A program made the position numbers and the translations under genes. A stretch of 64,000 bases of DNA from an uncultured Chloroflexia bacterium (GTDB lineage Bacteria > Chloroflexota > Anaerolineae > JAAYZQ01), in contig CAVOXA010000010.1 in NCBI GenBank assembly GCA_963700285.1, positions 1,696,001 to 1,760,000 on the forward strand, written 5' to 3'. The notes under the pieces were generated by a model, which was not told the origin of the DNA, did not search any database, and saw nothing but the letters and a program-made list of their open reading frames with translations. This document shows, piece by piece, positions 57,792 to 64,000 of this stretch. The stretch's first letter is position 1. Every line of letters starts with the position of its first letter.

Positions 57792-59225
57792 CTACACGCT
57801 GGCTGCAACCTCTTGCCCATAGTCTAGCAAGGCTTTTACGCCAGCGTTGTTGGGCGCCTCGGCGTAGACACGTAGTACCGGCTCGGTACCGGAGGGACGG
57901 ATAAGCAACCAACCATCGTTGGCCATGTGATACTTGATGCCATCGAGTGTTCCCACGGCCTGAACGGCTTCACCGCCGATGCTCGAAGGTACGTCGTTGG
58001 TCAGCCGAGCTACCATTTCCTGCTTTGCCACGGGATGGCGTAGACGCAGATCAGCACGGGCGTAACAAGCCGGACCTGCTACCTGCTGCAGGTCTGCGAT
58101 CAGTTCGTGAAGTGGGACTCCCGCCTCGGCAATGATTTCCAGCAGTAGCAGCCCCATCAGTATGCCATCCCCCTCAGGGATGTGGCCCTTGATGCCGATC
58201 CCCCCGGATTCCTCCCCGCCTATCAACACATCTTCCTGGAGCATGTGATCAGCGATATGGTTAAAACCAACCGGCGTTTCTGCAAGGGGCAATCCATAGC
58301 TGGCTGACAGGCGATCTACCATCATCGTCGTCGAAACCGTTTTGACCACTTTGCCGGTCCAGCCCCGTTTCTCCACTAAATATCGTAGGGCCAGAGCAAA
58401 AATGTGGTGAGGGTCCACGAAATTGCCGTGGCAGTCCATGGCGCCAATGCGGTCGCCATCGCCGTCGGTGGCCAGTCCCACATCAGCGTGGTTGGCATTG
58501 ATAGCTGCCACGAGCGCGTTCAAATACTTGGCGATTGGCTCCGGGTGGATACCCCCGAAGCCAGGGTTCATTTCACCTCGAATCTCCTGCACCTGGCAGC
58601 GGCTGCGAGACAGCATCTCCCCAATGCAGCCTCTGCCCGAGCCGTACATGGCGTCAGCCACCACGCGCAACTCGCCACTGGAAATCACATCCAGGTCTAC
58701 CAACCCGCCAAGATGCTCATAGTAGGCCCAAGCCGGATCGAAGCGTTGGATCAAGCCTTGATCCAACGCGTGCTGGTAGTCCATGATGTTCGGGCCCCGC
58801 GCTTGAGCCTCCGCTTCTTCCAGATAATGTTCTATGCGCGTAGCTTGCTGCGGCAGGGCAGCCCCGCCATATGCTGCTTTGAGCTTCAGACCATTGTAGC
58901 GAGGAGGATTATGGCTGGCCGTGATCATGATACCCGCGGCGGCCTTTTTATGGACCACGCTGTACGAGATGGCAGGTGTGGGCGCATCAGCACGAGTCAG
59001 CCAGGCGACGATACCATTGCCAGCCATGACCCGCGCCACTTCGGTAGCATACCGATCCGAGAGGAACCGGGTATCATATCCAATGACTACTTCCAGGTCG
59101 CGTCCATTGTTGCCCTCTCTGCGTACATAATCAGCGATCGCCTGGGCTACCAGGCGCAGATTGTTGTAGGTGAATGTATCAGAGATGACGGCTCGCCAAC
59201 CGTCGGTGCCAAACTTGATGCTCAT
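57792..59225 (-). CDS. Phosphoglucomutase/phosphomannomutase family protein
   Basis: FGTDGWR, TASHNP, DGDGDR, GGEESG, RPSGTEP. Confidence 0.95.
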   Translation of the reverse strand: MSIKFGTDGWRAVISDTFTYNNLRLVAQAIADYVRREGNNGRDLEVVIGYDTRFLSDRYATEVARVMAGNGIVAWLTRADAPTPAISYSVVHKKAAAGIMITASHNPPRYNGLKLKAAYGGAALPQQATRIEHYLEEAEAQARGPNIMDYQHALDQGLIQRFDPAWAYYEHLGGLVDLDVISSGELRVVADAMYGSGRGCIGEMLSRSRCQVQEIRGEMNPGFGGIHPEPIAKYLNALVAAINANHADVGLATDGDGDRIGAMDCHGNFVDPHHIFALALRYLVEKRGWTGKVVKTVSTTMMVDRLSASYGLPLAETPVGFNHIADHMLQEDVLIGGEESGGIGIKGHIPEGDGILMGLLLLEIIAEAGVPLHELIADLQQVAGPACYARADLRLRHPVAKQEMVARLTNDVPSSIGGEAVQAVGTLDGIKYHMANDGWLLIRPSGTEPVLRVYAEAPNNAGVKALLDYGQEVAASV

Positions 59226-59324
59226 CGTATTCTATCTCCTCGTGACAAGAGTTCTCGAGTAGCCAGTACCAGATACCGGCCCAAGCTGATCCTGGGATCT
59301 TGGGTGTTGGGCTGACGGTACGGA

Positions 59325-60680
59325 CTATTGGGCGCTCTCAATAGCTTGGGAGGCAGCTTCCTCAGGAGTTGCTGAACCTGCGAGTACGTCTTCCACAGCC
59401 TGCTGCAGCAAGCCAGCAGTCAGGGTATAGTTGGGTATCGCCGGACGGGGTCGGACCGTCAGCAGTTGCTGGTGAGCAAATGGGGTATAGCTGTCGCCCC
59501 GATCCCAACGGACCAGCGCAGCCTGGCGTGTGGGCAGATAGCTGGTGGCTCGATTCAGCGCCGCGTTTGTTTCGGGGGACATCAGCCGTACCATCCAATC
59601 AATAGCAGCGGCCTGGTGTGCGGGCTCGGTCGCGATCAGAACCAGGCCCCACCCCTTGCTGATGGCCGGCGCCCCACCGTTGATTGCAGGAATCGATGCC
59701 GCAGCAGAGCCTGGTGAAAGGTCGCCATCCTCCAGATACTGGTGGGAGCTAACATGCGTCATGGCTGCCTGGCCTTCGAGGTAATCGTGCCAGGACTCAT
59801 CAGTGGTGTGATAGTCCAGGATCTCTGCCGGAAATATGCCCCGAGAGGACCCATCCTGGTAGTATTGAAGTACAGCCGTGAGGCTCTCGGCCTCCAAAAA
59901 TGGAGCGTCGGGATCATCTTGGGAGGGCCAGGACCGGAGGGAAAGGTACTGGATCAAGAATGCATCGTTGACTTGCCCCGCCTGCCCGCCGGCAGGAAAG
60001 GTGTAAGGACCAGGATTGCTGAGCACCCCTGGCCAGGAGCTGGGTGGAACTGCCATCTTGCCCGTGTCGTACGCCAGGTGCTCCAGATCTGCTTGAATCT
60101 GCAAGCCGTACAAGTGACCGTCAAAAGTAGCTGCATCCCTGGCAAAGGGGTATAGGTCAGACACCAGATCAGCCGGCAGTAACTCATCAAGAGACTGGGC
60201 CAAGTCCGCCTGCACAGCCGTGTGCAGTTCGTCCACATCCATGATCACCAGATCAGGCAGAAGCTGGGGCACAACCGCTTGTGTGTTCAGCAGAAAATCG
60301 AGGATCCCCCCTTTGCCATAAGGCTTTTTAACAACGAATTGAAGCCGAGTATCGGGACGGGCTGCCTCAAATGCAGCGGCTTCCTGGGACAGTATCAAAC
60401 CGCTGGTCACGACCTGGGTGGGCGAGAATGCTTCGGTGGTCCAGATCGTCAAGGTGATGACAGATGGGGTCGGCGGAGCCGCATCTGTGGGCGCGGAGGT
60501 CGGCTGGGGAATCGCTGGCGTGCCCGTCGCCAGCTCGGGCTGCTCGGCAGTCTGCGTGGGTAGAAAATTGCAGCTGGCGAGCAAGGCGATAGCTGTGGCC
60601 GACAACAGGAGGATGGCAATCAATATCCCCGACCACTGCCTGGCCTCAGAAGCGTGGGAGGAGTCTCGCATGATTCTCAT
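59325..60680 (-). CDS. ABC transporter sugar-type solute-binding lipoprotein
   Basis: Lipobox LASC, PT linker, PDLVIMD, FDGHLYGL, G..TPEEAA. Confidence 0.85.
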   Translation of the reverse strand: MRIMRDSSHASEARQWSGILIAILLLSATAIALLASCNFLPTQTAEQPELATGTPAIPQPTSAPTDAAPPTPSVITLTIWTTEAFSPTQVVTSGLILSQEAAAFEAARPDTRLQFVVKKPYGKGGILDFLLNTQAVVPQLLPDLVIMDVDELHTAVQADLAQSLDELLPADLVSDLYPFARDAATFDGHLYGLQIQADLEHLAYDTGKMAVPPSSWPGVLSNPGPYTFPAGGQAGQVNDAFLIQYLSLRSWPSQDDPDAPFLEAESLTAVLQYYQDGSSRGIFPAEILDYHTTDESWHDYLEGQAAMTHVSSHQYLEDGDLSPGSAAASIPAINGGAPAISKGWGLVLIATEPAHQAAAIDWMVRLMSPETNAALNRATSYLPTRQAALVRWDRGDSYTPFAHQQLLTVRPRPAIPNYTLTAGLLQQAVEDVLAGSATPEEAASQAIESAQ

Positions 60681-61969
60681 AGGCAGAGAGTCTGATCGCG
60701 GCCAGGTCCGATCCCGATGTAGGATGCCGGGATACCAGTTTGTTCCTCAATACGCTGCACATAGTCCCGAGCTTGTTTCGGCAGATCAGCAAAGGTTCGG
60801 GCACCCGAGATGTCCTGACCCCAGCCTGGCAATGTCTCATAGATCGGCTGGCAGCGGGCTAGAACGGCCAGATCGGTGGGATAGGCATCGACTTGCTTGC
60901 CATCCAGCTCATAGGCCACACAGATCTTGAGCGCCTCAAATCGCGAGAGAATGTCTAGCTTTGTGATTGCGATCTCGGTCAAGCCGTTGATCCGCTGGGC
61001 GTAGCGCAGTGCTACCATGTCCAGCCACCCGCAGCGCCGTGGCCGGCCTGTAGTCGTGCCGAATTCGTCCCACGGCTGCGCCCCTGTACCCCTCAGCTTT
61101 TCGCCCAGTTCCCCGCTGAGTTCGGTGGGCATGGGTCCAGCACCAACTCGGGTTTGGTACGCCTTGACTACACCAAGCACTCGCTGGATGTGTTGCGGAC
61201 CCACACCTAAACCGATCAGCACTCCACCGATTGTGGGATGCGAACTGGTAACGTAAGGGTAGGAGCCATGATCAAGATCCAGCAAGGTACCCTGCGCGCC
61301 CTCGGCCAAAACTCGTTTTCCGGCAAGCAGGGCCCCAGCGATCTCTTCCGGGACATCGGCGATGAATGGTCCAATGCGGCGGGCGTAGGACGAGTATTCA
61401 TCGACCACGGCCTCGGCCTCCAACGGTGGTTGGCCGTAGACCTTCTGCAGGGTGACGTTGTTTTTCTCTACTTGTTCCCGGATGCGCTGCGCGAACATAC
61501 CAGGGTCATGAAGCATTTCCATGGCACGGATGCCACTCCGGGCTGCCTTGTCGGTGTAGGCCGGACCGATCCCCCGTCGCGTAGTGCCGATCGCCCCATC
61601 GCCCCGTGCTGCTTCCGCCGCTCCATCCAAGGCGATGTGATAGGGCATGATCAGGTGCGCTGAGCCGCTCAGCCTGATACGCTGTGGTGATACGTCTATT
61701 GCTCTCTCAGCCAATCCATCCATCTCTGCCAGGAGCTTTTTGGGGTTTACGACCATGGCGCCGCCCAATAGACAGGTGGTGTTGGGATTCAAGATGCCGG
61801 AGGGGATCAGATGCAGCGCAAAGCGTTCAGTGCCCAGGGTGATGGTGTGCCCGGCGTTGTCGCCGCCGGCAAAGCGCGCGACCAAGTCAGCTTTTGCAGC
61901 CAACAGATCGGTGATTTTGCCTTTTCCCTCGTCGCCCCACTGGGCGCCGAGGATTACCGTGATGGGCAT
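60677..61969 (-). CDS. purA: Adenylosuccinate synthetase
   Basis: GAQWGDEGKGK, NAGHT, HLIPSG, EGAQG, EFGTTTGRPRRCGWLD. Confidence 0.98.
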   Translation of the reverse strand: MPITVILGAQWGDEGKGKITDLLAAKADLVARFAGGDNAGHTITLGTERFALHLIPSGILNPNTTCLLGGAMVVNPKKLLAEMDGLAERAIDVSPQRIRLSGSAHLIMPYHIALDGAAEAARGDGAIGTTRRGIGPAYTDKAARSGIRAMEMLHDPGMFAQRIREQVEKNNVTLQKVYGQPPLEAEAVVDEYSSYARRIGPFIADVPEEIAGALLAGKRVLAEGAQGTLLDLDHGSYPYVTSSHPTIGGVLIGLGVGPQHIQRVLGVVKAYQTRVGAGPMPTELSGELGEKLRGTGAQPWDEFGTTTGRPRRCGWLDMVALRYAQRINGLTEIAITKLDILSRFEALKICVAYELDGKQVDAYPTDLAVLARCQPIYETLPGWGQDISGARTFADLPKQARDYVQRIEEQTGIPASYIGIGPGRDQTLCL

Positions 61970-61982
61970 GATTGTCTCTCCT

Positions 61983-63695
61983 CTATGCACCCACAAAAAG
62001 CGGCACAAAGTCAAACTTGTTCACATCCACCAACCCCTTATCGGTGAGCCTGAGGGTAGGAATGACGGCCAGGGGCAAGAAAGCCATCGTCATCAACGGG
62101 TCAGGCAGAGTGCAACCCAGGCCATGGGCCGCCTCATTCAATGCCGCTACCTGGGCACGCACCTCCTCCAATGGGCGGTCGGACATCAGCCCGGCGATGG
62201 GCAGCGGACAGGCTGCATGCGTCTCGCCACCAGCAATGACAACTTGCCCCCCACCCATGTCGACGATTGCCATCACAGCAGCCCGCATATCGTCATCGTT
62301 GGCACCGATGACGACAATATTGTGCGAGTCGTGAGCTACACTGGAAGCGATGGCCCCGTGCCTCAAACCAACACCCTTGACCAATCCCAAGCCAGTATTG
62401 CCTGTAGCATGGTGCCGCTCAATGACGGCCATCTTGAGTACATCGCGCTCTGGATCAGAGACGACGTACCCGTTCTCTGTCGCCGCCTCCATGCGCAGAT
62501 CGTCGGTGCCTATCTGGTTCAGGGGTACGCCGATGACCCGGGCCAGTCCCTCCCCTGCTGGGAGAGCAAAGTCAAGGGCGGACAGATCTACGTGGACGCT
62601 GGGCTGGATCGGCACGTGGGGTAGGGCCGCCGCAGAGGGCAGAAATGATCCATCGTATGCTACCAGCTCGCCCGAAGTGTAGACTTGGCTTACTTGAACC
62701 GTCGCTAGATCATCCAGCACCAACAAGTCAGCACGATAGCCAGGGGCGACTGCCCCCACGTTGCGCCGGCCAAAATACTCAGCCGTGTTGATAGTAGCCA
62801 GTTGGATAGCTGTCACTGGATCCAGGCCCCAGGCAATGGCTTTGCGCACGATATCGTCAATGTGGCCTTCCGTGAGCAGGGTTTCGGGATGGCGATCGTC
62901 TGTGCAAAAGTGGCAAAGCCTGCTGTTGCCCGCATTGACCAGCGGCAACAGGGAAAGTAGATTTCGGGAAGTCGTGCCGTCTCGAATAAAGATGTGCATC
63001 CCCTTCCGCAGCTTTTCGCGAGCCTCGTCCAGCACGGTACACTCGTGATCCGACCCTACGCCTGCGCCAATATAGGCATTCAGATCGAGACCCGTCAAAC
63101 CTGGCGCGTGACCATCAATGGGCCGGTCACCAGCAGCTTTGATTTTGTCCAGTACCGCAGGTACACGATACAGCAGGCCGGGGAAATTCATCATCTCCGC
63201 CAAACCAAGGACCCGCTTATGGGACCACAGGCCTTGGATATCGGCGGCGGTGAGTTCGGCTCCCGCGGTTTCCATGTGGGTGGCAGGCACACAGGATGGA
63301 GCCATCACAAAGACCATGAGTGGCAGCCCTTCGCTGGCATCCAGGATGTAGCGAACGCCGGCCAGGCCAAAAACGTTCGCTATCTCGTGAGGATCGCAAA
63401 AGACAGACGTCGTGCCATGAGGAACCACTGCCTTGGCAAACTCGGAAGGCTGGACCATTGCGCTCTCGAGGTGGACGTGGGCATCCATGAAACCGGGGCA
63501 GACGTACTTGCCGGCCAGATCCACAGTCTTTCGAGCCTGTTTGTAATCACCAAATCCCAGTACCTTGCCGTCATAGATGCCGATATCAGCTTGATGGATC
63601 TCACCTGAGAGCACATTGACCAATTGGGCGTTTTTCAGAAAGAGATCTGCTGGTTCTTCGCACCGGGCGACAGCGATGAAAGCTTCCAGGCTCAT
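61983..63695 (-). CDS. ade: Adenine deaminase
   Basis: DAHVHLES, DPHEIANV, EMMNFPG, DGHAPG, SDHE, CTDD, AHDSHN. Confidence 0.96.
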   Translation of the reverse strand: MSLEAFIAVARCEEPADLFLKNAQLVNVLSGEIHQADIGIYDGKVLGFGDYKQARKTVDLAGKYVCPGFMDAHVHLESAMVQPSEFAKAVVPHGTTSVFCDPHEIANVFGLAGVRYILDASEGLPLMVFVMAPSCVPATHMETAGAELTAADIQGLWSHKRVLGLAEMMNFPGLLYRVPAVLDKIKAAGDRPIDGHAPGLTGLDLNAYIGAGVGSDHECTVLDEAREKLRKGMHIFIRDGTTSRNLLSLLPLVNAGNSRLCHFCTDDRHPETLLTEGHIDDIVRKAIAWGLDPVTAIQLATINTAEYFGRRNVGAVAPGYRADLLVLDDLATVQVSQVYTSGELVAYDGSFLPSAAALPHVPIQPSVHVDLSALDFALPAGEGLARVIGVPLNQIGTDDLRMEAATENGYVVSDPERDVLKMAVIERHHATGNTGLGLVKGVGLRHGAIASSVAHDSHNIVVIGANDDDMRAAVMAIVDMGGGQVVIAGGETHAACPLPIAGLMSDRPLEEVRAQVAALNEAAHGLGCTLPDPLMTMAFLPLAVIPTLRLTDKGLVDVNKFDFVPLFVGA

Positions 63696-63741
63696 GCTTT
63701 GTCCTCCTCACTGTTCTAGAGCGGCATAGTTCGCAGCAACA

Positions 63742-63999
63742 CTACCGGGCCATCGGCCCAGTGCTAATGCGCAGCTCGTGGTCCAGACGCTTCAAGAACT
63801 CGCTGCAATCTTCCAGCGTCAGACCGTAAGTGTCGCTGCCCGGCTGTCCGGCACGTTTCACCATATCGCGCAACAGGGACTCGTCATCTGGAGACAGATC
63901 GCCCTCGGTGAGCATTGCCTCCGACCAGGCAACAAGCTGGGAAAGGGTGACATCGCGGTTCAGGTAACCGTTCAGTTTCTGCAGGATGGCACCGCGAGT
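63742..63999 (-). CDS. Small conserved-looking hypothetical protein, 5' end beyond the window
   Basis: Open frame TRGAILQKLNGYLNRDVTLSQLVAWSEAML...GLTLEDCSEFLKRL...AR*, same strand as ade. Confidence 0.6.
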   Translation of the reverse strand, partial: TRGAILQKLNGYLNRDVTLSQLVAWSEAMLTEGDLSPDDESLLRDMVKRAGQPGSDTYGLTLEDCSEFLKRLDHELRISTGPMAR

Positions 64000-64000
64000 C

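Noticed and set aside
1-64000. Genome-wide TAG recoding, suggested by the split RF1 plus the in-frame amber at 2530
   Set aside because: Conserved genes (uvrC, der, frr, tsf, rpsB) end at TAG at their expected C-termini.

Overview
High-GC bacterial chromosome segment, most likely Chloroflexota (Anaerolineae-like). This is inferred from the YLPxxxR C-terminal tails, the GT-C enzymes with repeated C-terminal Ig-like domains, the short EF-Ts and the SSB/Der inserts. In order, it holds: two tandem, partly near-identical secreted surface proteins (1-5737); uvrC; a secreted VIT-vWA protein; a cobamide salvage/remodelling locus with two divergent cobalamin riboswitches (ECF S-component-cobT-cobS-cbiR-cobU on one side, two transcobalamin-like surface proteins on the other); a decaheme lipoprotein cytochrome; a beta-propeller and a GH3-family gene; a polyprenol-phosphate-sugar/GT-C envelope glycosylation region including a YfhO-flippase fusion; an ECF sigma/anti-sigma pair; tRNA-Leu(CAA); ssb; der; prfA-prmC; a pgsA/patA-like lipid cluster; the rpsB-tsf-pyrH-frr-uppS-cdsA block; a phosphomannomutase; an ABC solute-binding protein; purA; and adenine deaminase. 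At least nine single-base frameshifts are scattered across otherwise intact genes, which suggests read or assembly indels. I found no CRISPR array, integrase or transposase. The most interesting signals are: the B12 capture/remodelling locus; small palindromic and 6/7-mer repeat elements lying between genes, in-frame inside genes and inside a riboswitch loop; and a sorting-tail motif placed in frame behind an amber codon. All family assignments come from motif recognition by eye; no searches were run.
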